DNA from: Octopus bimaculoides
Taxonomy: Eukaryota
Direction: 5' to 3'
DNA: 64,000 nucleotides
Assembly: GCF_001194135.2 (NCBI RefSeq)
Contig: NC_068992.1
Coordinates: forward strand, 37,170,884 to 37,234,883
Made by a program: the position numbers and the translations under genes. Below are positions 24,546 to 37,307 of the stretch, in pieces (within the stretch, counting starts at the first letter, position 1; each line of letters opens with the position of its first letter). Under the pieces are notes generated by a model, which saw only the letters and a program-made list of their open reading frames with translations, searched no databases and was not told the origin of the DNA.

Positions 24546-25155
24546 TATAAACGTGCCATAATTAACTTTACGTTTATTATAATATAAACTNNNNNNNNNN
24601 NNNNNNNNNNNNNNNNNNNNNNNNNNNNNNNNNNNNNNNNNNNNNNNNNNNNNNNNNNNNNNNNNNNNNNNNNNNNNNNNNNNNNNNNNNNNNNNNNNNN
24701 NNNNNNNNNNNNNNNNNNNNNNNNNNNNNNNNNNNNNNNNNNNNNNNNNNNNNNNNNNNNNNNNNNNNNNNNNNNNNNNNNNNNNNNNNNNNNNNNNNNN
24801 NNNNNNNNNNNNNNNNNNNNNNNNNNNNNNNNNNNNNNNNNNNNNNNNNNNNNNNNNNNNNNNNNNNNNNNNNNNNNNNNNNNNNNNNNNNNNNNNNNNN
24901 NNNNNNNNNNNNNNNNNNNNNNNNNNNNNNNNNNNNNNNNNNNNNNNNNNNNNNNNNNNNNNNNNNNNNNNNNNNNNNNNNNNNNNNNNNNNNNNNNNNN
25001 NNNTATATTTTACGTTTATAATTTTAGTTTAATCTAAAACTTCATTTAAATTGTATTTTAAACGAAAGATTCATTAAGATAAGATTTGCATATAATATTT
25101 CTGTTAGTTTATATTATAATAAACGTAAAGTTAATTATGGCGCATTTATAATTTT
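24541..25155. repeat. 50-bp inverted repeat spanning an N-gap
   Basis: 24541-24590 (aaaattataaacgtgccataattaactttacgtttattataatataaact) is the near reverse complement of 25106-25155. Confidence 0.8.
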
Positions 25156-25285
25156 TGATATTTTTAATAATATTGTTTAACATTTTTCTATCTTAATATA
25201 ATAAGTATTTTTATATACATTCATTTGTTATTTATTGTTGGTTTATATATACATTCTTGTTATTATTATTATTATTGTTGTATTT

Positions 25286-25397
25286 TGACCTGAAGATAAG
25301 CTATATTTTTGAATAGAATTGATTTTCGATCGATTTAATCGATTTGAATATATTTTATTTTCTATTTGAAAACTTGGTTAGGAAACACGTGTAGTCG
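25286..25397 (+). ncRNA. Type I hammerhead-like motif with long stem II
   Basis: TGAC-CTGAAGA-taag...ttag-GAAA-CACGTG-TA-GTCG; palindromic ACACGTGT helix III, GUA triplet, internal hairpins, imperfect base of helix II. Confidence 0.55.
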
Positions 25398-26937
25398 TTT
25401 TATTATCATTATGTTATAATTTTTACTTTGCATTATATTATACTTATTTATCGTGCATTTACTTATTAATTTTTCTATATGTGACTGTGGATTTTCATAG
25501 ATGAGTTCATGAACTTTGGTTCTTTTCCCTAAACTATATATTTATATATTTTATACTGCAAAACTTAATTTAATTTTAATTTTTGATAAATTAAATTTAA
25601 TTGAGTTTTTACCTGTAAATTTGGATTTTTATTCCTAATATTATTATTATTATTATTATATACAGACAGACAGACAGGCAGACAGAAGTGGAGATTAAAA
25701 AAGTAGAGTGTATTGGGTGAGAAATCGAGGTAAAAAAAGTGATAGACTACTTCCACTGCATCACTTGTCTGACTATGAAATTACACACTGTTCCTTCAGG
25801 ACAAACTGCTCGATAATAAAATTTAAAATGATGGAAAAAATAGTCACCCAACTATTTTCCGAAAAGACTGAATGCATGAAACTGAAGTGAACAGTGCCTG
25901 AGTCATCTAGATTATTTGTGTATTGGTGAGAGATTGACGTGAAAACAGTGATTGATAGATACATTGATAGACAGACAGATACATGACATTTATTACTGTG
26001 AAAAATAGCTCATTAAAAATTAACAGAAAAAAAACCCAAATATTTATTTGTAAGTTTTCTCAGGAGAAATATCAAGAACAGAGATTCATCATTTTCCTTC
26101 TACTTTCTGATAAGCATATTTCTTTTAAAAGAAGAAATTTATAATTTTCAAAAGTAGTTACTTCCCTTCTTTATTTTAATGTCTGGTATTTTTTCTATCA
26201 GTCTGTTTTGTCAAACCAGTAAATTAAGGGAATATAAACAAACCAGCATTGGTTGTTATGTCATATACTGATATACCTTATCTTTATCCTTTCTATACAG
26301 CTGGTGATCACATCTTTTCCAGGTCAACCATTATTACTCTCTCTCACCATTGCCCATCTCTGTTATTATCTATCTCTCAATCTCTCACTCAATTCAGCAA
26401 ACATATACTTACAATTAATTTAGCTCTTCTATTACTCCTCCCAGTAGTTACCTTTCCATCATTTTACACTCACACCCAATCATCCCTATCATATCCTCAC
26501 TCCTCAAACCCACTCACCCTAGCTCTACTGTCATTGCTCTCTCTTGGTCATGTTGCCTTGAATGAATAGAGGTGTTGCAGGGTAGAGAGGCCTCTTAGTT
26601 GTCTCAAGGACAGTGCAGTCTGTGAAGTGGTTGTTGTTATGAAAAGCATCCAGCCAAATAAATTATGCTGAAATTGAAACATATGAGCAAGACATTTTCC
26701 TCCAATCTTTAGGAGAGTAGCAACTCCAAATAAGAACTGCACAGAGCGTGATAACCTATCCAACATATGTCTTCATAGAAAGTAGCAATCATAAATGATA
26801 ATGATGATGATGATGATGATTTGAAATGTATTAATGTTAAAATTCTAAGCACAATCATACCCAAGCTAACATGTGAAAATTGTATGAATTACGATGATAA
26901 TCATATAAGTCATTCATGTGATAAATATGCAACTCAC

Positions 26938-27088
26938 CCACAATGTCACAAATCCTGCATATCTGGTTATTTTCTTGAATATTAAAAAAATTTATATTGT
27001 TCCTAATATATTCTGGATAACCTAAAGATGGCATATGTATAACAACTCGCTTCGAATTTTGAATTCGTTTCCATGAAGTTCGGAATGC
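26938..27088 (-). CDS. IQCH: IQCH coding exon (phase 0/1), absent from the ORF track
   Basis: ttccag acceptor and gtgagt donor; AFRTSWKRIQNSKRVVIHMPSLGYPEYIRNNINFFNIQENNQICRICDIV(D) matches IQCH WNRIRTSRRTIIHIPSLGY...RLCDILD. Phases join both neighbours. Confidence 0.92.
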
Positions 27089-27230
27089 CTGGAATATTGG
27101 AAATAAGATAAGTAATTTGCCAAAAACTGATATGTGTTTACGTATTTATATATAATAAATCTCTGAGTGAGGTATAAACAGTAGCTGCACGACATCATGA
27201 AGTATATTTAGGTGGAAAATATACTTCATG

Positions 27231-27309
<79 letters not shown>

Positions 27310-27644
27310 NNNNNNNNNNNNNNNNNNNNNNNNNNNNNNNNNNNNNNNNNNNNNNNNNNNNNNNNNNNNNNNNNNNNNNNNNNNNNNNNNNNNNNNNNNN
27401 NNNNNNNNNNNNNNNNNNNNNNNNNNNNNNNNNNNNNNNNNNNNNNNNNNNNNNNNNNNNNNNNNNNNNNNNNNNNNNNNNNNNNNNNNNNNNNNNNNNN
27501 NNNNNNNNNNNNNNNNNNNNNNNNNNNNNNNNNNNNNNNNNNNNNNNNNNNNNNNNNNNNNNNNNNNNNNNNNNNNNNNNNNNNNNNNNNNNNNNNNNNN
27601 NNNNNNNNNNNNNNNNNNNNNNNNNNNNNNNNNNNNNNNNNNNN

Positions 27645-27868
27645 TAGCATTGAGTTGCTTCTCCAACATACTGAAAATTTAGAAATAGCAGTCAAAGAAC
27701 TACTGATTCTAAAGACTTGTTTTGTTTATGCTTTCCCCTCCGGTTTTTTGTTCTATGTATGCCATAAATATCGCCATCCATTTAGAGAAAAATTTGTAGT
27801 TTAGAATCAGTAGTTCTTTGACTGCTATTTCTAAATTTTCAGTATGTTGGAGAAGCAACTCAATGCTA
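27645..27868. repeat. Perfect 69-bp inverted repeat with 86-bp spacer
   Basis: 27645-27713 is the exact reverse complement of 27800-27868; the left arm abuts an N-gap. Confidence 0.92.
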
Positions 27869-27872
27869 ATCC

Positions 27873-27903
<31 letters not shown>

Positions 27904-27980
27904 CTAGCAGAGATATGTATATATATACTAGCAGAGATACCTGGTCTTGCTCAGGATTAAAATGGCATAGACTTTTATTG

Positions 27981-28171
27981 TTTTATTTGTTTCAGTCATG
28001 TGATTGCAGCCATGCTGGAGCACCGCTGTTGGTCACAGAAATCAACCACAAGATTTATTCTTTGTAAGCCTAGTACTCATTCTGTCAGTATCTTTTACCA
28101 AACTGCTAAGTTACAGGAATGTAAATACAGCAACGTCAGTTGTTAAGCAATGGTGGGGGTACAAACACAAG

Positions 28172-28215
<44 letters not shown>

Positions 28216-28290
28216 ATATACGACAGTCTTCTTTCAGCTTCCGAGTACGAAATCCACTCACAAGGTTTTGATTGGCCTGAGGCTATAATA
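27981..28290 (-). mobile_element. Same SINE family, antisense, 5'-truncated
   Basis: tttcagtcat...gcagccatgctggagcaccgc...aaatccactcacaaggttttg is the reverse complement of the family body. Confidence 0.82.
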
Positions 28291-29270
28291 AGCATATATA
28301 TATATATATAGTAGCTGACATACCCAGTAATTCCCGGAAAGCGGGCTTATCCCTTGGTTCCATTCTCATAATTGTTTCGTTAATCCAGTAACAACCATAC
28401 AAAGTATGTAGCCCTTAAAACGGTTTTTGTGTATTTATTGAGAATACCAAACTGTCTTTCAAAGGATCTTCTTTTTAGGAATTCCCAATAAGTTATGAAT
28501 ACCCAAATTGTGAAGTCAGTTATGTAATAGCACGAAATTAATTACCCTATAGTAAGAATTCAAATAAAGTAGCCCCAAAAAGGGATTTAATACATTCCCA
28601 GAGTATATAGGTTTTAGGAGGAAATACTAATAAGTCATGTATACTAAAATCATGAAACATGTTACGTAATAACAAGCTAATCAGATATGAGATAATAACA
28701 ATCCAAAGTAATTAACTGTGAAAAAAAGTTTTTGTGTGTTCCCAGAGAATATTACCCTCAGCAGCACTAGTGTTGGTATATTCGTGAATAAGTCGCTAAC
28801 CAAAATAAGTGGATCTATTGTTTAGGAGAATACTATTAACTTGTCTAAGCCTTGAAATGCATAAATTGAGAAAATAACTAAAATAGTTCAAATACTANNN
28901 NNNNNNNNNNNNNNNNNNNNNNNNNNNNNNNNNNNNNNNNNNNNNNNNNNNNNNNNNNNNNNNNNNNNNNNNNNNNNNNNNNNNNNNNNNNNNNNNNNNN
29001 NNNNNNNNNNNNNNNNNNNNNNNNNNNNNNNNNNNNNNNNNNNNNNNNNNNNNNNNNNNNNNNNNNNNNNNNNNNNNNNNNNNNNNNNNNNNNNNNNNNN
29101 NNNNNNNNNNNNNNNNNNNNNNNNNNNNNNNNNNNNNNNNNNNNNNNNNNNNNNNNNNNNNNNNNNNNNNNNNNNNNNNNNNNNNNNNNNNNNNNNNNNN
29201 NNNNNNNNNNNNNNNNNNNNNNNNNNNNNNNNNNNNNNNNNNNNNNNNNNNNNNNNNNNNNNNNNNNNNN

Positions 29271-29314
<44 letters not shown>

Positions 29315-29569
29315 CATATATTACATACACATACACACAGATATATATCAACAGGAAACTAAACAATACCCCCAGTGAACCCTCAACTAATGGACCTGTA
29401 TATAATACTCACTCGACTGACTCCCAGGAAGGGACAAGCATAGGAACCCATAGCATGAACCTATCCAGAAATAATAACAACCAAATCCTAAGTAACCCAA
29501 AGAACCCACACAGCGACAATATAGTGAAAACAAACCAACATGTAATGAGAATGAAGAGACAAACTGAAT

Positions 29570-29970
29570 TCAACCACCAGTCACTAACAACAGCCAGCAA
29601 TAGGTGCTTGTGTAGGGACAAATCAAGATGCTCACTTGGTAACCTCTGCATGACTCACAACCTCATATATAAATGCACAGTGCACACATGAGGAAGACTG
29701 TATGTGTGCTTCATTCAAGATTCGATACTGCAACCACATCTCAAGCTTTGAAAAAATAACTAAGAGACAAATAACATCACTGGCAGATTTTCTGTGGAAA
29801 CTAAAATCAGAAAACATCAACTATGAACTGTTCTAAGCACTTGTAGGACACGCACAACCCTTTCTAAGAGGTGTGGGTTGTACTTGGAAGAACTTTTGTC
29901 CATTTTACTGACTAGAGAAAGAGTAATTAATAAATTAGCTGAACGAACTGCATGCTACATGCATGCCAAG
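29570..29970 (+). mobile_element. Penelope-like GIY-YIG remnant
   Basis: CLCRDKSRCSLGNLCMTHNLIYKCTVH...TSLADFLWKLKSENINYEL, frameshifted. Confidence 0.7.
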
Positions 29971-31240
29971 CAAACCACCTACAGTACAACAGCCCAGCAC
30001 CCCAACAGCCATAACTTGCATGCACTGAGAAACTCAAGCTAGGAAAACACAGACAGATGTATCCATGTATATACTCACATATAAATGTATGTATGGTTAT
30101 ATCTTCCTAACTAAATACGCATGTACCCTGTATAGGTCTGTGCTTGTATATATGAACACACACTATATATAAAATAATATATGAGTATATATGTGTGCGT
30201 GCATGTGTATGCAGGTGTGTATGTGCATGTATATGTATATGCATATATGTATATGTGTATATATATGTATATGTGTGTGTATTTATATATGTATGTGTGT
30301 GTATATATATATGTATGTGTGTGTAGGCATCAGGCATAAGTGTAAATATACATAGACACATATATGTACATACGCCAAATGGCACGAGTGTGCATATATT
30401 AGTGAGTATATGTCCATGTGTACTTGTATGTGCCTGTNNNNNNNNNNNNNNNNNNNNNNNNNNNNNNNNNNNNNNNNNNNNNNNNNNNNNNNNNNNNNNN
30501 NNNNNNNNNNNNNNNNNNNNNNNNNNNNNNNNNNNNNNNNNNNNNNNNNNNNNNNNNNNNNNNNNNNNNNNNNNNNNNNNNNNNNNNNNNNNNNNNNNNN
30601 NNNNNNNNNNNNNNNNNNNNNNNNNNNNNNNNNNNNNNNNNNNNNNNNNNNNNNNNNNNNNNNNNNNNNNNNNNNNNNNNNNNNNNNNNNNNNNNNNNNN
30701 NNNNNNNNNNNNNNNNNNNNNNNNNNNNNNNNNNNNNNNNNNNNNNNNNNNNNNNNNNNNNNNNNNNNNNNNNNNNNNNNNNNNNNNNNNNNNNNNNNNN
30801 NNNNNNNNNNNNNNNNNNNNNNNNNNNNNNNNNNNNNNNNNNNNNNNNNNNNNNNNNNNNNNNNNNNNNNNNNNNNNNNNNNNNNNNNNNNNNNNNNNNN
30901 NNNNNNNNNNNNNNNNNNNNNNNNNNNNNNNNNNNNNNNNNNNNNNNNNNNNNNNNNNNNNNNNNNNNNNNNNNNNNNNNNNNNNNNNNNNNNNNNNNNN
31001 NNNNNNNNNNNNNNNNNNNNNNNNNNNNNNNNNNNNNNNNNNNNNNNNNNNNNNNNNNNNNNNNNNNNNNNNNNNNNNNNNNNNNNNNNNNNNNNNNNNN
31101 NNNNNNNNNNNNNNNNNNNNNNNNNNNNNNNNNNNNNNNNNNNNNNNNNNNNNNNNNNNNNNNNNNNNNNNNNNNNNNNNNNNNNNNNNNNNNNNNNNNN
31201 NNNNNNNNNNNNNNNNNNNNNNNNNNNNNNNNNNNNNNNN

Positions 31241-31445
31241 GTGCATCTTATGTGCCACCCGCACAAGAGCCAGCCCAGGGGCACTGGCAACGATCTCACT
31301 TGGCTTGCCGGGTCTTCTCACGCACAGCACACCTCCAAAGGTCTCGGTCAGTAGTCATCGCCTCAGTGAGGCCCAATGTACGAAGGTCTTGCCTCACCAC
31401 CTCAGCCCAGGTCTTCCTGGGCCTACCTCTTCCACGGGTTCCCTC
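31241..31445 (-). mobile_element. RTE LINE 3' end
   Basis: RGRPRKTWAEVVRQDLRTLGLTEAMTTDRDLWRCAVREKTRQAK*. Confidence 0.85.
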
Positions 31446-31964
31446 AACTGTTAGGGTGTATATGTATGTGTGTGAGTGTCTCTGTGAGTGTGTTGGTGTA
31501 GGCAGCCACCAAGTCTAAAGACAGAAATCACACCCCCACCAAAATTCTTGACCACGTTGTCGCACTTGACAGCCATAACCATCCAACTAAGGTTGTTATA
31601 GCGGTTGAATCCTATGCCATAAACACCCCACCCCATTTACATTACATTTTTTTGTATTTTTTTTACTATTTTTATAGCAACCACTTCTTGACCACAACAA
31701 TAAACAACTTTTACTTTAGATTCTTTATATTTTTATTTTTTGTTTTCTTCACTTTTTTATCAACCATTTCCTGACTGCAGCTTCCTCACTTCACCAAAAT
31801 GTGTCTGAACTGCTAGCAACTCACCAGCAGCATACAATCTTAGAGTGAAATGAAGTGTAAATTATATAGCTTTTGAAGCAGGTTACATCACCTAATGAGG
31901 CACCCTGGTATTACATCATCCCGCAGCCACTAGGAAGTAGTGCAGAATGAAGCCAAAACAATTG

Positions 31965-32006
<42 letters not shown>

Positions 32007-32206
32007 NNNNNNNNNNNNNNNNNNNNNNNNNNNNNNNNNNNNNNNNNNNNNNNNNNNNNNNNNNNNNNNNNNNNNNNNNNNNNNNNNNNNNNNNNNNNNN
32101 NNNNNNNNNNNNNNNNNNNNNNNNNNNNNNNNNNNNNNNNNNNNNNNNNNNNNNNNNNNNNNNNNNNNNNNNNNNNNNNNNNNNNNNNNNNNNNNNNNNN
32201 NNNNNN

Positions 32207-32256
<50 letters not shown>

Positions 32257-32259
32257 TTG

Positions 32260-32675
32260 TAGGCCAAATGAAATCGTAGTCATGGCTGATGCCAGTGTTG
32301 TATAACTGGCACTCATGATGGTGGCTTGTAAAAAGCACTCTTTGAACTTGGGGCCTCATAGAGGCAGTGACAAGAGACCAAGACCTTTGGCAATATACCA
32401 TGCTTAAGAAGACCTGTCAAGCCAAGTGAGATCATAGTCATAGCTGTTGCTAGTGTTTCCTAACAGGCACACATGCCAGTGGCATGTAAAAAGCACCTAA
32501 TATACTCTTAGAGTGGTTGGCATTAGGGAAGGGCATCCAGCTGTAAAAACGATGCCAAATCAAACTGGAACCTGATGCAACTCCCCAGCTTACCAGCTTT
32601 CAGTCAAACTGTCCAACCCATGCCAGCATGGAAAATAGATATTAAATGATGATGATGATGATGATGATGATGATA
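32260..32675 (+). mobile_element. RTE LINE 3' UTR with (TGA)n tail
   Basis: Matches 16790-17100, including gaccaagacctttggcaata and cccatgccagcatggaaa. Confidence 0.85.
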
Positions 32676-33530
32676 TAGAAAGAAGAAATGTATTCCCATG
32701 CAGGAAAAAATATGAAAAGCTTTTCTTCTCCTTGAGCTCCTGCCGGTGTTCACTCACATGCTACATGCTACATGCTATCTCTCCATTGTATGTCACTGTC
32801 CTGGTTTTTAGCATCCCTCAGTACACCTTATATTATGAACCACATTCCTAGTAGACTGAAGGACAGTGCAGAAACAGGACGATGACATACCTTGGTGAGA
32901 CAGCACATAGCATAGTTGAGCAAATAAAGGAATACTGGCAAGAGCTCAAGGAAGAGAAAATCTCATCAGTGCTTTTATCAACATGCTCAATTAATAGAGG
33001 CTCAATTAATAACATAGATGTTAAGATATTATTAGCACATAGAAGAGTCATGACATTCAGACAGATTACAATGGCCACACACATAGTAGCATATAGACTG
33101 AGCTTCAACAGAAAATATGAATGGAATAATAACCCCACCCCCACTCCACCAGGTGACTAAAGTCAGAATGAGAAGAAGAAAAGACAGATACAAACAGTAT
33201 AATACATAAACCCACATACACACAAACAAGACACACATACACACACTAAAGGCAGAATGAGAAAATAAAAACAAATAAATAAAAAACACAGGTTCAAACA
33301 GTGTAGTATGCAAACCCATATACATGCACACAAAACACACATACCATATGCATACATATGCACACGCAGACACATGCACAAACACAGATACAAATGCATG
33401 TGGAGCTAGGGATACATACCACAGAAAGACAAATGGTATAAGCAGAGCAAAAGGAGACATGGGATACAGAAGCTCTGAAGCTATGACAGGGTGTGCAATG
33501 AAAGAACTTTGACAAAGAAATCAAATAATG

Positions 33531-34431
33531 TAAGGTGGGTGGAAAGTAAGTAGGCTTTAAAAATTGGTAATAAAATCCATATTCCTTTTACAAATTTATT
33601 GTAACAAATGATACGTTCTTTATTACATAGGAAAATGAAAGTAAATTTTCATATTGCAAATGTAAGCACTGGTGGCATCAACCAGTTTCTTCAAACGGCC
33701 AGGGATGGAATGAACAACCTTCTGAAGGACGTCATCTGAGATATCATTGAGAACCTCCTGAATCCATGTCTCCAAGTTCTCCCATGTGCAAGGTTTTGTC
33801 TTGTACACCCCAGCTTTTGTGTAACCCCACAGGTAAAAATTACATGGAGTAAGATCTGAACTTCTTGGAGGCCATTCATGAGGTCTGCATCATCCCATCA
33901 GGTTTTAGCTCCTGCACTTAATGGGGTTTCCATGGATAAAAATTCAACTCTTCATGCAATACCATATGTATTGTGTGTCTTGTTAGTCCAATTTCATGAG
34001 CTGCTTGACATGTTGATTTTTGCAGGCTGTGATTAAGCATTTCCTGCACTGTTGCCACAGTCTCTACTGATCGGGATGTGGTTGGATGGCCACTTCTTCT
34101 TGCATCATTCACAGAGCCTGTGGTCATCAGCTTTGCATGACAACTTTTTATTGTCTCCAGATGTAGTGTTGCATGCTTCCCTTTCCATGCATGCCACCAT
34201 CTCTAAACCAAAACAATAGAATTCTACTTCATAGCATGCTGCTATCTTAGCTCACTCCTGAATAGTCAAGTAACTGGCCATCAGGAAAATAAGAAATAAG
34301 AAATAAGACAATAAGAAAATAAGAAATCCTCATTAGTGTAGTCTGTTTAAGAAATGTTTTCATCATGACTTCAGTGATGCTAAAAATTCTATAAGCAATT
34401 TCTAATGCCTAGTTACTTTCTACCCTTCCTG
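33531..34431 (-). mobile_element. Tc1/mariner-superfamily element (maT/DD37D-like), internally deleted
   Basis: Imperfect TIRs (gggtggaaagtaagtaggc / gcctagttactttctaccc); TTGSVNDARRSGHP..KSTCQAAHEIGL and WPPRSSDLTPCNFYLWG; first catalytic Asp region missing. Confidence 0.75.
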
Positions 34432-34570
34432 TAATAATAAAACTGAAGTGAAGACCAAATATACAGTGCATGTGTTTAATTGATAAAATATGACCATCCC
34501 CAAGTATAACAATATCTGTTTCAATACATGATTTCACGTCAAGAATCTTACAAAACAAATATACAAACGC

Positions 34571-34604
<34 letters not shown>

Positions 34605-34749
34605 GTGTGCTTGGTACCTCAAAAAATGTGACACGCTGAAAGATTATAAAGTCAGTGGTTATTAAAATACATTTCATTTTTAAAATCTAATAGAACATAG
34701 AGACAAAATTTAAGTTTTTGTGAATGTTTGTTTTCAAACTGATGATCAT

Positions 34750-35420
34750 TCTAGTCGGAATTGCAAACATCAAGATACATTTCATTCAGTATTTGTGCAC
34801 ATTCTCAATCAATACCTGCCCTCAATTCATCGATTGTTGCCAGCTTTTTATTGTAAGGTTTATCTTTATAGTATGGCCATAAAAAAGAATACAAGTTTGA
34901 AATTCAGTGAATGTGGAACTATCTTGATGAGATTTTACTTGTCTGGCAACATTTATTGAAGGTAGTTTTTACATTACTATGGTATTGTTGGCATGCTCCA
35001 TCTTGCTGGAAATAAAACTCCACCTTTTCAAAGTCCTTTTGAATGCTTGGCATGACAGATCATTACAGCAAGTTCAAGTAAATGGGATCAAAAAAGAATG
35101 GTCCAATTAATCTTTTTGACCATAAGATACACTATACTGTAACTCCTGATAACTTAACATTATATGCAGATTCTTAGGCCTCCTGTAGGTGCAGCTGTAG
35201 TTGTTAATTAAGCCATCAAATTTAATGTAGCCTCATCACTCCAAACAATCTTTGTTGGAAAGTGTCATCTTCTACACAACTTGTCAGGTACTATTTACAA
35301 AACCTACTCTTCAGACCAAATCATCTTCATTGAGAGTATGAACTATTCTTGGAATGTAACTTTTCCAATTAGTGCTAAGTGATATCTGTAGTGGCTGGAA
35401 ATAGTCATCAAAAATTCCTA
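34750..35420 (-). mobile_element. Tc1/mariner-superfamily catalytic-domain remnant
   Basis: IVWSDEAT and FYFQQDGA motifs in decayed frames. Confidence 0.6.
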
Positions 35421-36364
35421 AGATCACATTCTATTTATTGCCTCATGAAAGGAAACAGACATTAGGTGATACTGTTCTAGATATGCTAAGTGTGAAGAAA
35501 GGAAAGAATACTCACAGTAAGGGCAGACTAAACTGGTATTAAACAGTATATTATACATTGTGTTCATATTAAGCAACACATTTTTCTGAGACAAATCAGA
35601 AATGTCTGAATAGATCAGAGTAAATGATTGGTACATATCCCAAAGATACTCCATAGATAAAAGCTAGGTCAGTATTGATGTTTTAGATGATAATGTGTAG
35701 ATCACTGAAAGGTTAATGCTAAAGAACTTTTAGTTAAAAATAAGTCTAATGCTGGTGACGTTTTACTTGTATGTGTATAATCATCAACCTCGTTGCCATA
35801 AACATATCAACATCATCATCGTTGTTTAATGTCTACTTTCCATGCTGGCATAATTTGAACAGTTTGAGAGGAACTGACAAGTGAGAGAACTGCATCAGGC
35901 TTTGCCTTGGTTTCTAAGCCAGAATTTCCTTTCTAATTCTCACTACTTTACAGAATGTATAAAGTACATTTTTCATGTCACTGGCATGAGCAAGGCCACC
36001 AAATAATTTGCAAGGTGCCTTAACTAAGTGAAAGTACAGTATTGAAGGAAATGGCTTTATACCAATCCCGGAGAGGTTAAAATATGATAGATGATGGGAT
36101 AGGTATCTTGCTGAAAAAGAGATACATGGCTTCCCCAGCTGGAAAGAGATGTGTAACCTCAAGGTACTAGGGGAATATAATAGCAAGAAAAGGGATAGAG
36201 GTTCAGAAAGAGTGGATAGGTAGCTTGTAGGAGTGTGAAAGAAAGTGACAGATGTTTAGAAATGGAAAGAGATGAATGCAGAGAATGAGGCACATTGGTG
36301 GAGGCATGGTCAATGATGAATATCAGTTTTGAAGAGAAGTGAAGGAAATGGGAATGGATTAGAA

Positions 36365-36929
36365 GGAGAAGGTGATAAGTGATAGTAACAAGGAGACGAT
36401 TTGAAGTAATGGGAGATAAGTGTTATTATTTACAGCACCTGAGTGAGTAGTGCCATAGTGGGAAGAGTGCTGGAGGAAAAGATGTAAGATGAGTTGTGAG
36501 AGAAAGCTAATTCCTAAGCAGAAAAGGTAATGACCTCCCTAGGGAAGCAAAATTTCAAAGAAGGAGGGGTACTGGAAAGAAAGAAAACAAAAATAATAAT
36601 AATAAAATAAATTTTGTTTCCTGTGGAAGTCGAAATCCCAAAAGTGGGGATTAGATGTTGTGACAAGAGTCATGATACCCCCTGTGAGAACAGACTTGAC
36701 CAAACAACTATAAATAGTAGCAGTCTGAGTGAGAGCAAGAGAGTGTCATTTTGGTAGTTTGTAGGGAGTGGGTTAGGAGGAGGACGAAGAGGAGGTGATA
36801 AGTGACAGTAACAAGGAGACAATGTGAAGTAGAGGGAGATAAATGCTATTTACCACACCTGAGTGAGTAGTGCTATAGTGAGAAGTGTGCTGGAGGGAAG
36901 GATGTTAGATGAGTTGTGGGAGAAAGCTA
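36365..36929 (+). repeat. ~145-bp direct repeats (36365-36509, 36787-36929) around an inverted partial Gypsy LTR (36656-36764)
   Basis: ggtgataagtga(t/c)agtaacaaggagac...gagaaagcta occurs twice; tgttgtgacaagagtcatga... matches the LTR start in the opposite orientation. Confidence 0.8.
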
Positions 36930-37307
36930 GACTGGACCTCATTTTTACAGAGGTGTACAGGTCTTCTTGATTACAGTGTATCAATAATCATCTAAGTCAT
37001 GTGTCATCTCAAAGAAACTAAAAATCATGAGACCGACTTTCATCTCACATCTTTCAGGGTCTTCCTTTTCTACATGTTTTGTTCACATTTAGTGATCAAC
37101 ACTTCTTTATGCAGCTGTCATCATCCATCTGCATCATAAGACAATATGAGTGGAGTCTTCTTTCTTGCACACAACATCCAAAATCCAATTTTTCTCCCAG
37201 CATATTTATTGTAATGTACTTACTCATCACCAATTATTGTAGTATCACCAATTGTAAAGACAATACTTTTTTACACTATAACTGTGTAGTAACAATAAAC
37301 ATGTATA

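Noticed and set aside
34105-34135. CTGATGA followed by a CACAG/CTGTG hairpin
   Set aside because: No GAAA, and it lies inside a Tc1 transposase frame.
35424-35654. Minus-strand ORF with a gtgagt donor-like site
   Set aside because: No convincing similarity, and the IQCH protein is already continuous without it.
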